Shown here in pieces: positions 13,001-24,657 of a DNA stretch of 64,000 nucleotides. The notes under the pieces were generated by a model. The model did not search any database, had not been told where the DNA came from, and saw only the letters and a program-made list of their open reading frames with translations. This stretch comes from Macrostomum lignano (lineage: Eukaryota): contig NIVC01003030.1 of NCBI GenBank assembly GCA_002269645.1, forward strand, positions 60,468 to 124,467, read 5' to 3'. Each line of letters starts with the position of its first letter. Positions within the stretch are counted from its first letter, which is position 1. Position numbers and translations under genes: made by a program.

Positions 13001-16000
13001 TATGAGTTCGTGCCTGCGTACAGTATTGGCTGCTTGTACTGATTAGCACTGGTTGTGGGACGATATCTATTGTGTGTATCTATTTTTTATAATATGCTAC
13101 TGTTAGTAGACTGTTAGAGAATTTTTATCAGTAAAATGATTTTGGCATTCTATAAATTGATTATTTCACCCACCGGTATGGATTATAGTGAAATTACAAA
13201 TGGAAGAATCTAGGGGTCCACTGAATGGCCTCGCCTTGAATAAGGGGTAGGGGTCCAGACTAAGGGTTAGAGGCTTACTGAAAAGCCTAGGCTATTAGTA
13301 AGGGGGTAGAGGCTCAGTGATAAGCCTAGGCTAAGGGGTAGAGGCTCACTGATAAGCCTAGGCTAAGTGGTAGAGGCTCACTGATAAGCCTAGGCTAAAG
13401 AACATAGCGGCTCCGAATTCAACTGGTGCCAAGAGATTGCAGCGGCCCGCCCAAAAATCGTGTAGATTTGTTTGTTAGCAACCTGAAAGGTAGGCAGCTG
13501 CTGACAGCCGAGTATATCATTAGCAATCATTCGCTCGACGGCCAGAGCAGACGGCTTGTCCAGCTGGGCCAAGAAGGCGAAAGCAAAGCCTTCGTACAGC
13601 GATCGGGGCGCATTTCTATAGGCGTCGCGGCCGGCTTCGCGTAGGGCGCGGCAAAGGCTGCGAAGGCTGAAGTGCGGACGCAGGCCTGAAGCGTCGCAGA
13701 GCGTCGAGTCGGCGGCCGAGCGGACGCGCCGGTAGAATCGGACAATGCCGGCCACCTGGGCGGCGCTGGGACTGAGGGCGGCCAGGTAGTGGCTGACCAG
13801 GTGAGCCAAGTCAGTGTCATCGTCAGGTTCGGCAAATGCCAGCTCAGTGAACCGGTTGCGGACACCTGCATAGGAATTTAAAAAAAATTGATTTGTTATT
13901 GGGTATCCAGACCAAGAAGCATCGCCCCAGAGTCGTCGCAGGTAACACGGGTAAAATAGGGAAAGGTGACTCTAGACCACTTTAAAACGAAGAGTTGTCA
14001 CGATACAAGTCGCTAAAAGACGTCTAAGAGTCACCATAGTTAGTTTGAGGCGTTTTTTGTCTGCGACTGTGAGACGCTTCTATAACGACTCTTGAGCCGT
14101 TAGAGTCGTATTTGAGGTGTTCTAAACTCCGTGATTCACTGGTGACTCAACGCCCCTGAGTCGCCCCAGAGTGGCTAGAGTCGTCAGTGAGTCTTTAGCG
14201 TCATTTTGGGTAACGTTTTCAGTGGGAATGCGTCGGGGACTCGATTTGAAAGCGAGTTCAATTGAACGGTTTAAGCTAATCAAAATATAAAAGTATCAAA
14301 TTAGCAATCATATCGCGATCAAACTATCAATCAGATCAGATCAAAGTATCACATTATCAACCAGATCGCGATCAAAAGTATCAATCAGATCAGATCAAAG
14401 TATCACATTATCAACCAGATCGCGATCAAACTATCAATCAGATCAAAGTATCACATTATCAACCAGATCGCGATCAAACTATCAATCAGGTCAGATCAAA
14501 GTATCACATTATCAACCAGATCGCGATCAAACTATCAATCAGGTCAGATCAAAGTATCTACCTTATCGAGATCAAATTAGCAAGCATGAAAAGAAGAGAG
14601 CGACACCCACCAATAGGCAGATTGTGTTTCCCAGCATCTGTGGCCGGGTTCATGCAGGCGAACAAGCGAAAGTCCGGATGCCTGGGCACCGGCTGCGAGT
14701 CGCCGCGCTCAGTCAGCACCAATGAGCCGTCCGGCCGGTCAAGCAAACCGGACAGGCACTCCAGCGTCTCGGGCGTGGCCAGATTGATCTCGTCCAGCAG
14801 CACCCAGTGGCCGGAGCGGATGGCCTCGACTAAGGCACCTTCGATGAAGCTGAACGAAGTTGCCTGGTTTGCTCCCTCGCTGCGATATTAATGTACGAGC
14901 GTAAAGTGCAACAAATGCTCAACATTGATGATGCATATGAAAACGCTTAAAACGACTGATAAACTTTAGCAATGACCACTTAACAGACACACACTTCAGC
15001 AATGACCAATTCACAAAAAGACACATTTCAGCAAAATGCACTCACCAGGCGAGTAGTTGAGCTCTGAGCTGGGCTAGCCGATCCCGCAGTGTCAGCCAAT
15101 CAGCGTTGCCAGGCAACCGGCGCAGGGCGCTAGCCAACGGCCGCTCCATCAGCTGCAACAGGTCGGACCAGCGGCCGCTGTGAAAGCAGAGCTGAACGTA
15201 GGTCAGAAATTTATCATTACTTCCGTCCGCATTGAACAGCTGGCCGAATAACAGTTCGAACTGTTCCCGAACTGGCTTTACTATCAGGCGAAGCTGCAGA
15301 GGCTTGTAGCCGCCAATGAGATCGGCCGGGTCAGTCTGCTGGCTCAAATTGATGACGCGGAGGCTGCGGCCCAGTCTGTTGGCCAGGTATTGGACGCAGG
15401 CGGACTTACCGCAGCCGGTTTCGCCTACAAGCAGTGCCGGCTCGCCTTGCCTGGAGTGGCATCGGTTTACAATTGCCAGGTGAGATCTAAACCTGGGATT
15501 AGGGTACTGATAGCTCGTACTATAGGATAACTAGATTGGGCCTGCCCGCCACCCTTAGGCTGATTTTGTTCGTCAAACGTTGACCTCTCTCCTTACTGCT
15601 CTCTCATTGGCTGAGCTAGATTGGGCCTGCGGAAACCCCTAGGCTGATTTTTGTTCGCCTAACTTTGACCTCTCTCCTTACTGCTCTCTCATTGGCTGAG
15701 CCAGACTGGGCCTGCCCTGGGCTGTGTTTCGTCTGTAACCTTGATCTCTCTCCTTACTGCTCTCTCATTGGCTGAGCCAGACTAGGCCTGCTCCCGGGCT
15801 GATTTTCGTTTGTCTAACCTTGATCTCTCTCCTTACTGCTCTCTCATTGGCTGAACTAGATTGGGCCTGTTCCCCTTCCCCCAAGACTCATTATTGCTTT
15901 GTCAGTTTTTACGTCAACTCACTTAGCGCACACGGCCAGCCGTTCCAGCAGGCTTGCTGTGCCCCGATTCAAAGCCAGACCGCCGCCGGCCTGCCGCTGC

Positions 16001-17400
16001 TTACTCGGCCGACTGTCCAGCCGCGGCAGTCGAGCCCGGCCAATTATTACGCTATTTGGCGTCTCGGCAACGTCCAAAGCGACGCCTTTCAAACGTTCGA
16101 GCGCCTCCTCGCGAGTGAGGCTGACCGCCTGGGCTAGTCGAAGAGCGCCAGCTTTGCGTTCGTCGAATTCGGCGCTGGCGGCTACGAAACAGTCGAGCGC
16201 CTCGTGAAACACCGCCCGAGCGTTGTACTCGACTGGCGCGGCTGGTCCGTCGTCTGGCGCTTGCGGATAGCGCCAGGCGGAGGCGGAGGCTTCTAGTCGG
16301 GAGCAGAATTTCAACAGATCCCGAGTAGTCACCAGGCGGCGATGCCGGGACTGCGGCGCGTCACGGTCGGCGGCTTGAAATAGGTCGAAAATTTCCAAGA
16401 TTTTCGACGTCAATGGCGCCGCGTTTGGATAGTTAAGCTGAATGATCTGGCGGGGGTAACGGGTGAGGCAACTTATTACAGTAGGATAGGATAGATCAGG
16501 TAGAGGCATGGATAGAATAGAATTCAGTTTGGATAAAGGTGGATTTTATTAGAACACAGGGACGATGAATTGAGATAGGGGTGGATAAATCAGGGTGGAT
16601 AGATCAAGGTTATGAGGCGGATAGATCAAAGTAGGGGCCGATAGATCAAAGTAGGGGTGGATAGATCAAGGTTATGTGGGGCGGATGGATCATTATAGGG
16701 ATCGGATAGAGCAAGCAAGTTAGGGGCGGATATATAAATGTATTAGATATAGATCGGAGAACCAGAATTACTGAGAATTTTTCAATTAATAAACTACATA
16801 ACAAAAGCCACGCATAGTAACCTGAGCCAAGTCCTCGGCATCGATACGATCCAGACGCAGCATCAGCCAGTGTCCGGCAGACAGGAAGCTGTTATGGGCG
16901 CACGAGTAGCCGTCCAGACTCTGGTAGAGTCGCCTAGTAACCACTAGACGGAACCCGTCGGCAGGTGTGACGCTTTCTCCATAGTGCGACACGTACACAG
17001 ATTTGTGCTCAATCAACGGTTGCAGGGTGCTCAATAGATCAGGTGGCGCGCTGTCAATGTCTTCTAGAAGAAGCCAACTGCCAGACTGCACAGCTGACAA
17101 TAGCGGTCCGGGTTTCCATACGAACTGGCCAGGCACAGGTGTGCAACAATAGCAGCCAATGAGAGTTTTGCTGTCTGTCTGATCGCCGAGCTGCAGCTTT
17201 GCTAAGCTGGCACCGGCCTCGTTGGCTAACAGTTCAACTAGGGACGTCTTGCCGCAGCCAACTGGGCCCTGGACAAGAAGAGGCTGGCCTGGATCGCACA
17301 GGCTGACCAGGCTGGCGCATTTGCGAGCCGATTTGGTTGGATAAAATTGCGGCAGCGGCTGCGCCTGCGGCAATTGTGCAACTGGATTTTGCTGTGATTG
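326..17400 (-). CDS. MDN1: Midasin (Rea1) AAA+ ATPase, partial: AAA ring D1-D6 plus start of linker; continues left of the window; N-terminal exon(s) not found
   Basis: Six Walker A motifs in order: [48 protein letters not shown], with Walker B (LLEDI, LLDEI, VLDEL, LVDEI, VLDEM, LLDSA) and RNRF motifs. GT-AG exons read by eye: 17400-16822, 16446-15923, 15450-15046, 14879-14611, 13865-13483, 12752-12402, 12091-11629, 11031-10540, 10253-9663, 8569-8357, 6335-5698, 4990-4274, 3872-2814, 2536-2000, 1757-1077, 789-326. Phases are consistent except the last exon, which is 1 nt short. Confidence 0.96.
945..1042. repeat. 18-mer array (AGGTACAAGATCACACAC), MDN1 intron
   Basis: About 5 tandem copies. 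Confidence 0.9.
4005..4250. repeat. (GACA)n microsatellite, MDN1 intron
   Basis: Direct reading. Confidence 0.95.
5095..5600. repeat. 29-mer array (AAGGACCACTATAGCTTGACCCACTCATC), MDN1 intron
   Basis: Tandem copies decaying rightwards. Confidence 0.93.
6372..8280. repeat. 22-mer array (GAGGTGATTTTGATGTGATTCT), MDN1 intron
   Basis: 1.9-kb array with higher-order duplication. Confidence 0.97.
8755..9640. repeat. 21-22-mer array (AAAGTGAAAAGCGCCATTTCC), MDN1 intron
   Basis: Direct reading. Confidence 0.95.
11121..11490. mobile_element. Non-autonomous CMC/EnSpm-like element in an MDN1 intron
   Basis: Termini CACAGGTAAAA...GGTAACGTTTTCAACTGGG, shared with 13946-14226; internal GAGTC/GACTC motifs. 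Confidence 0.45.
12165..12300. repeat. ~40-mer array (TAGTTTAGCAACAGCATCCTAATGG...), MDN1 intron
   Basis: 3-4 copies. Confidence 0.85.
13255..13400. repeat. ~30-mer array (GCCTAGGCTAAGGGGTAGAGGCTCACTGATAA), MDN1 intron
   Basis: About 4 copies. Confidence 0.85.
13946..14226. mobile_element. Non-autonomous CMC/EnSpm-like element in an MDN1 intron
   Basis: Termini CACGGGTAAAA...GGTAACGTTTTCAGTGGG with a 2-bp AA duplication; related to 11121-11490. Confidence 0.5.
14300..14560. repeat. Array (ATCAACCAGATCGCGATCAAACTATCAATCAGATCAAAGTATCACATT), MDN1 intron
   Basis: About 5 copies. Confidence 0.9.
15530..15870. repeat. ~85-nt unit x4 (core TCTCTCCTTACTGCTCTCTCATTGGCTGAG), MDN1 intron
   Basis: Direct reading. 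Confidence 0.85.
16490..16760. repeat. Degenerate ~20-mer array (ATAGATCAAAGTAGGGGTGG), MDN1 intron
   Basis: Direct reading. Confidence 0.7.
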
Positions 17401-18606
17401 CTGAGGGTTTATGTTAAAGGAGGAATCATTACATTATTATTCTTTTTTGTGGCTGTGCATCTAACATTACCTGTTTAGCATTCTAGCTAAAACCAAGATG
17501 GTTAATAGCCAGCAAAGACAATAGGAAGTAAGATTTTATTAATAGCAAATTCAATTGGTAAAAATCACTAACCTGGCCCTATTTGAGAAGGTCTAATTAA
17601 TATTGAACACCTAAGAAGTAAACATTGATATAAGTGGCAACTAAAGCAACAGCCAAAATAGTAAGAAGATTTATAGTATTGAGGCAATATGCCTTGAATT
17701 TTAATAGATGGAATGGCAGCAAGGCTTTTGTGCTGCTCTGTGCATCAATTTATATTTATACAAACAGTGCAAGATTGTGGGGTTTAGGGAGGTACAAAAA
17801 GGTGGCGTGATTGATAGGCCCTTTGCCAACCCCCTGGCTTAGCAAGCCAACTAGCTTGGCGCACCCATCCCACCTCAGCTAGACAGAGGTTGGTAGGTTT
17901 TAGATGTGGCTGCACTGGTGCTTGCCAGTTGCATATAGTCTGGCTGCCATAGTATGATAGACAAAGATACAAACAACTCATTTTTTATATAGGATAAGCT
18001 ACTTTTATTGCTATTATACTAAAGTGCTAACAGTGATTTAATATGCTTTATTTCAGTTTTCATCTCTTCATCTGCTAATATTTGTGATAAATCATTTTAT
18101 ATCTACTAATTTGGTCTAATGGTCAGGCCAAAAAGCTATATATTAAGTTGTAGCACTCAACTTCAAAAGCTTAGGTCCTAGTATGACCTTTTCCAGTGAT
18201 TTTTAGGCTTATTCATATTTAATTTTATATAGTAAACCAAAATATTGGTAATAATTATGAAATATTGGTAAAAGAAACTACATATTCACTAATATGTGCA
18301 AGGATACAAAGCTATAGCCCTAATAGGATATTTTTGCTTTGCTAGAATATTAATTAGTCGGAAATATTTATTTCCCCTTGTAATATGTATTTATAGTCCT
18401 AGATGCCAATTTTCAGTAGTATTTTTATCTTATTAGCATAGATCATAGATAATATTACATACTTTAGTTTTACTTTTTGTAAAAAGCAATAATTAAACCT
18501 AACTTACTACATGGCAATACAAAGATTATATAATAAAACCAATAGGGCTAGAGCTAACAAACATAGTAAAATAGACCTAGAAATGGAAAATTTCTACCAT
18601 GTTTAG

Positions 18607-18804
18607 GTGCAACCTAGCAATTCACCTGGCCATCTCTATTGGCAACACTGTCATTGTCAACAAATATTTGTTAAATTGATATAAGTTGCTATTGGACAAA
18701 ATTGGACAAAATTGCAGTCATGTGACTGCCCTTAACCAATAGCAACTTTTTGATAAACATGTGTATTGCTAATAGAAATGGCTAGGTGATTCCCAAAGTT
18801 GTGC
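18607..18804. mobile_element. Palindromic MITE-like element, decayed copy
   Basis: Imperfect hairpin GTGCAACCTAGCAATTCACCTGGCCATCTCTATTGGCAAC...GCTAATAGAAATGGCTAGGTGATTCCCAAAGTTGTGC; homologous, in reverse orientation, to 23233-23388. Confidence 0.75.
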
Positions 18805-19587
18805 ATGTATAATTTCTACATTGGTGGATAATTGGCTCAATGGATAAAAGTATAAGTGAATAACTAATTAATTTAGTGAATGAGCTATGATTCAAATAAA
18901 GAAAAAATCTACTAAATTAATAAATTAGGAGTAGAAGATATACTTTGTTGTCTTTTATTATAAACCTTAGGTTAGGCCCTATCTAAATTATTTTAAATAA
19001 ATAAAGAATATAAATTTATATATCAGTATAACTACTATAAGGACTAGCAAAAAATCAAAGACTGAAAAGAAATAGGCCTAAACAAAAATATTCTTATCAT
19101 ATTATAAATCTTATTTTATTTGCCTAAATAAACATAGGCCTATATGAGCCAAATTGTTAACTTTTGAAAATCAGTCTAGCAATAAAAAAAGTTAGGCCTA
19201 CAAACTTTTTATAGCTTAATTTTTTTTTATACTGCCAAATGCATTTTGCCTATTAGGCACTATGGTCATTTTTGCTTTAAAACTTGTTTTAAAGTTTTTT
19301 TATAGCTATAGGCATAGCATAACTTTGACTTGAAGTTTCTTAACTAATTTCTATGTTTAATATACAAATTTCAGCTTTAGGATAGCTATGATTAAGACTA
19401 AATTTAACAAAACAAAAAATAGCCAAAACTGGCATTCTTTTATTTGATAATACACAAATTTAAAAGCAAAAATGAGGGAGAATAGTATATTAAATTTTGG
19501 ATATACTCACACAAGAATCCTATAATTGTAGCTTATTAGAGAATGATCTTTATATTTACTTTTAATGCAATTACAATGCCCTCAATA

Positions 19588-19757
19588 GAGAATTTGTTAA
19601 GAATGCATCTTAAAATGAAAGTGAGGGGGTAGAAATGAAAATAAAAGACAATTTATTTTTATTAATATTGTTATAGGCCCTACGCATTTCTTTTTAGCTT
19701 TTGTTTCTTTGTTATCCCCTTTCACTTTTGTTTTACAATGCATTCTTAAAAATTCTC
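19588..19757. repeat. Short inverted repeat, MITE-like remnant
   Basis: GAGAATTTGTTAAGAATGCAT..AAAGTGAGGGG at 19588-19629 pairs with CCCCTTTCAC..ATGCATTCTTAAAAATTCTC at 19716-19757. Confidence 0.55.
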
Positions 19758-20149
19758 CATTAATTTGCTTTTTATGAATTCAGTTTTTCTTTTCTCTGAA
19801 ATCTGAAATTGCACAAAGCAACTGCAGATTGTTAAGAATAATAATTCTAATTGTATTTAGACTTATGAAGTAGAAGTAAAGGTACTAATATTATAAGACA
19901 GATATAAATATATTAAAAATAAATTTGTTCTCATTTGAAATTGCATTTGATTGAATCTAGAATAGCATCACTGATTGACTTTTAGCATTTATGACTGAAT
20001 TGCACTGAAAAGCAAAATGAGGCACTGAGAAGCAAACTAGGCCCTAGGGTTACCAAAATTCCAGGCACTAAAAAGCATAAGCACCAAAAGGTGTGAATAC
20101 CCCTTGACATCTTAGCAATACCTTGCAAGCCTTGACGTCTCAGCAATTT

Positions 20150-20460
20150 CCCCATAACGGCCATAAGCCTTGACATATTGATATTAGCGATTCCCCCAAG
20201 CTTTGAGATCTCAGCAATTCCCCCCAAGCCTTGCCATCTCAGCAATTTCCCCCTAGCCTTGGCCTCTTATAAACGCCCCCCTGTAACACTTGATATCTCA
20301 GCAATTTCCCCCATGCCTGACATCGAAGCAATTTCCTCCAAGACCAAGCCTTGATGATGATAACCCATCTTGATCTTAGCAATTTTCCCCAAGACCCCAA
20401 GGCTTGACATCTCAGCAATTCCACCCAACCAAGCATTGACATCTTAGCAATTCCCGCCTA
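20150..20460. repeat. ~29-mer array (CCCCAAGCCTTGACATCTCAGCAATTT)
   Basis: Diverged tandem copies inside the AT-rich block. Confidence 0.85.
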
Positions 20461-21668
20461 AGCTTGAAATCATAGAAAAGATAGAATTTATATTATAATT
20501 TATCACAGCATTATTAACTTCAAAAGAAAAAATTAGACAAGGATAGAGTGACGCGTAATGCTAAGCAGACCGAGCCGCGACGCGCGTGCAATGCTCAGAG
20601 TTCTTGGAAAATGGTCAATTTATCTGTACTGAATTGTTTAACAATTCTGTAGCGTTTTGCTGGAGCATATGTTATTAAAAATGCAGTTAACTGTATTTTG
20701 TCTACTGTTTAATATTACAGTTCAATTTTTTCAATATCATGACCCTCTGTTTGCTCAATAAGGAAAAAAGTTATCGGCCAAAAAAAAGGTTCCGCTGGTC
20801 TTTTTCTCTTTCCCACAATCACAACGACACAACACAATGACATTGACATTGGGCACAAAATCCGCTTGAAAGTCTCATGAGTTAGTTTTTATATCTATAG
20901 CTAAACTTCTAGTTACAGATTTCAGTGTAGTCTTAGTCTAAAGTATGACCACTCTGTCGGCAAATCAAGACAAGAAATCTGTCTTAGGCCTATGAAAAAA
21001 TATATAGACCTAGCTTAGGTAGGCCTGCTATGTCTATTCCGCAGTAGCCATTCTGTAACAAAACAAAAAAGTATTGTTTTCGTTTAATTTTAAGCACCAT
21101 TTAGATACCAAACTCTTTAATCAGGGTGATAATGTTAACTTTTTATACTTTTGTCAAAAACTTGTTTTGCCACCAAAATTTTGTACCACATTCATAGAGA
21201 ATAGGCCTAGGCCTACTTATGATGCCAGATTCAGGAATGCCTTACTCCCTTAGTTATCGGCTTAGCCTTAGGATCGGCCCACTTATTTCAACTCGCTAAT
21301 AGGGCCTAGGATTATAAATAGTATTATTAAGTTATTATGTTTATTATGCTTAATAGGCCCTGCCCTACTGGCCTACTATAGACCTTCTACTATTCCTATT
21401 GTTCTTAGGCCTAGTCTTGGTTTACTTGATAGACCTAGGCCTATTGTTTTAAAATTCTAAGATTAAATTAAATCCTAGGATTAATTTTGCAATTGATAGT
21501 CATTTTATCTATTGCTAGTTCATCTGTATATGACATTGACATGTATGTGACCAAACAGGAATTTTAATGTGTTAAACATAGCTATATAATCCAGTTTTGC
21601 ACAACCAGACAATTATGTAGGCTAGTGGACTGATGTGCTGCATACCAATAGCTTGAATAGCACCATGG

Positions 21669-22798
21669 GTAACTGGTCGTTTTGCCCATAAACTGTTTCA
21701 GCCATGGACATTTCGCCCCTACCTAGACCATTTTGCCCACAGACCATTTTGCCAACAGACCATTTTGCCTACAGACCATTTTGGCCATGGACCATTTTGC
21801 CTCCAATTTGGACCATGCAGGGTTGAAATGAACAAAGTCATAAGCTGAGAGTATGCAAGATAAGACGAAAGTGCCAAAGAGCACTGACAACCAACAATAC
21901 AATTTATTATAAGCGAGGTTCAATAATAGCCACCCCTACTTCCAGGGCTAAAACACCAACAATCTGACCTATACTAAATGTATATTAAAATCATGATAGA
22001 GTAGAGATCTGCAAAGAGCGTGAGCCGCGGACCATGAGCACACCCACTCCACTGGTATCACAAGTTCCTCGGTCTTGACATTTCTGTCTAGCACTTCTAC
22101 CATTACTTTTGCTAAGTAACCGGTTCGTTTTTGCATTAACATCTGCTCCGACATGGACTCAACTTGCCCAAGGTTTCTCCGTGCTTTTGTACAACATTTT
22201 TTTATAGTTTTAATTTATCCTTTTATTATTTCTAGTAATTTACCTTGCATCTCTTGCATAAACAAAGCCAAAGATTGAAATGACTTACATGTACAACAGT
22301 TTTTTACTTTACTTAATCACGGTTTTACACTTTGTGCTTTGATTCTCAGTTTTGGTGACAAATCTTAATTATTCTTTTAGTATTTCTGGCCTTACCTTGC
22401 CTTGTAACCGAAACCCTTTCAGCTTTTCCTTGATTGAAATGACTTTTATACAATCCTAGTTTTATACTTTGTGCTTTAATTGTCACACATTTGAAAGGGA
22501 TGACTTTAAAAAAGCTTATAATAATTCACAATTGTAATAAACAAAATCACAATAATGCAATAACACAATTGTTGTGGCAACAATTCAGATCATATTTTAT
22601 TACAAATTAAAACTAAAAATTAGCATTGAAAAAAGAAAATAAAGATACATGTACTTCTATATCTCTAAAATACATGACCATTTTGGCCGAAACTCCCATT
22701 GCTGAATTGGTTAATGGGTGAAATGGATTATGAGCAAAATGGTCTGGGGGCAAAATGTCCATGGCTAAAATGGTTTGGGGATGAAACAACCAGAATTT
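21669..22798. mobile_element. Non-autonomous Mutator-like (MULE) element with 9-bp TSD
   Basis: Flanked by the direct repeat GCACCATGG (21660-21668, 22799-22807); ~100-bp imperfect TIRs (CTGGTCGTTTTGCCC..AGCCATGGACATTT) with subterminal ACCATTTTGCC repeats. Confidence 0.75.
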
Positions 22799-23232
22799 GC
22801 ACCATGGATACTGTAGAGTTGCATGAATGGCTCCTTGACAACATTAAATATACCCAATAGTCCAGAAAGTGGCCTTTATGCTATATACCATCAAGGAACT
22901 ATTGGGTGCAGTGGCTCTTAACTTGCTCTTAACTTGTAACAATAATGTGCCTCTTGCCTATGTGTGCAACAGGCAAATAAGCATGCACATACAATTGTGG
23001 TAGACCAGTGGTAAGTCACAAAAATGCCATCCCAAAGAATATGGACATTGAGGCATTTAGGCCTGAAAAAAGACTTATTCCTACCTTTTACCTAAAACTG
23101 CATTAATTTTGCTTTAATCTTTTACAGGTAAGTCGCATTTTTGGTCAAAAAGTAAGTTGCATAGCCAGTGTAAATCAGGGGGGTTGCACATGTATAAGCA
23201 TGCAAAAATGGTTGTGGTATATGTGCATACAT

Positions 23233-23388
23233 GCGCAACCTTGGGAATCACTCGGCCGTTTCTATTGGCAACACACAAATGTAAGTCGCTATTGGCTGAG
23301 AGCAGTCACGTGACTACTATTCCGTCCAATAGCGACTTACATGTGTGTGTTGCCAATAGAAACGGCCGGGTGAATCTCTAGGTTGCGC
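23233..23388. mobile_element. Palindromic MITE-like element, CpG-intact copy
   Basis: Near-perfect arms GCGCAACC..CACTCGGCCGTTTCTATTGGCAACACACA.ATGTAAGTCGCTATTGG around a central GTCACGTGAC. Confidence 0.8.
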
Positions 23389-24657
23389 CCAAGCATGTAT
23401 ATGTGGTATATCTCCAATAAGCTCAAATACCAATATTAGTAGATGTTGATGTTGATCTTTCTATTGAAGTTGGTTAGCTTGGACTGCTTGGTGTGCTAAG
23501 TCTAAGTGCTCTATATATCTAAGTGATAGTGATAGTGATAGTGAGAGATAAATCTAAGTGCTTGAACATGGAATTCATCAGCATGGCTACTGACAGCTGC
23601 CTCTGCAATTGCTTTTGCCAATGTATATTTGGCTCTTACTTTACTTCTTAAGCAATGTTTGCTTAGACTAGTATCTGCATTTGCCTTGGAGTTATGTCTC
23701 TTTTGTGGATGATACATTCCATACTACCCAAAGATTCTATGAAAATGCCATTGCACTTGATAGTACTTTTGCAAACCACATACTTCTAGTATTTCAAACC
23801 TCCCTTTTCTTCATTGCATCCTAGTATATATCCATTTCCTTTAAAATGGAACCTTTTTGCATTTGCAGTTGGCCATTGTACATAGATCATAGATCTAGAA
23901 TATTATCAATAAACTTTTCTTTGCAAGCATTATAGCTTCATAGGCCTTTATTGCCTATCAGCTTGTCTATAACATTGGCAACTATTTTAGTATTTATAGT
24001 CAAGTGGTACTTAGCAAGGAAATATATGATGGCCATTGCATCCTTATTGCTAGCCTTAATGACAATATACATAGATTGTAGATCATGTAACATAAGAAAT
24101 AGTCTAATATTTTAGGTTTTCAACTTTATTGCTAAGAATAATTATATTATACTAAATGTGCTAAAAGGTGTTTACTAACCATGTCAATAAAAAATAGCCT
24201 AATATAAACTATTTAGCAAAATTATATTAGTGTCTATCTTTAATGTTAAAATTATATTCCTCAATAGGCATAGGCCTAAAGCAACTAGGCCCTTACTATG
24301 CCAGCCATTTTCTTAGGCTTAGGCCTAGGCCTATTTTTATTTTATATACTATAGACATTGATATACACTTTACTTCACTTACTTTACTTATCTAGTTTCA
24401 TTTTACTTTCAATAAATAGCATACTTAATTTTTGCAGTCATGTTTTCTATTTTTTGGCATAAATTCAAATTTAATAATTAGAACCACCATGCTTATGCCA
24501 AAAATATACCTATCCAAAGTTTTAAACCAAAAGAAAGCTGCAAATATAACATAGCTATTTGATTGTATATATTCTTTGGATTATATCTTTATATAATTGT
24601 AATAGTATTATATACATTTTCAGTATAAAACTCACTGGCAGAAAAAAATATGCAAAG

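Noticed and set aside
430-16207. Plus-strand ORFs overlapping midasin exons
   Set aside because: Antisense shadows of GC-rich coding exons with no recognisable motifs.
17784-17981. Moderately GC-rich ORF as the missing midasin first exon
   Set aside because: No recognisable similarity, stops in the alternative frames and no convincing compatible donor; it could still be an eroded exon.
23511-23717. 68-aa minus-strand ORF as a transposase remnant
   Set aside because: No catalytic or zinc-finger motif recognisable; too short to support.
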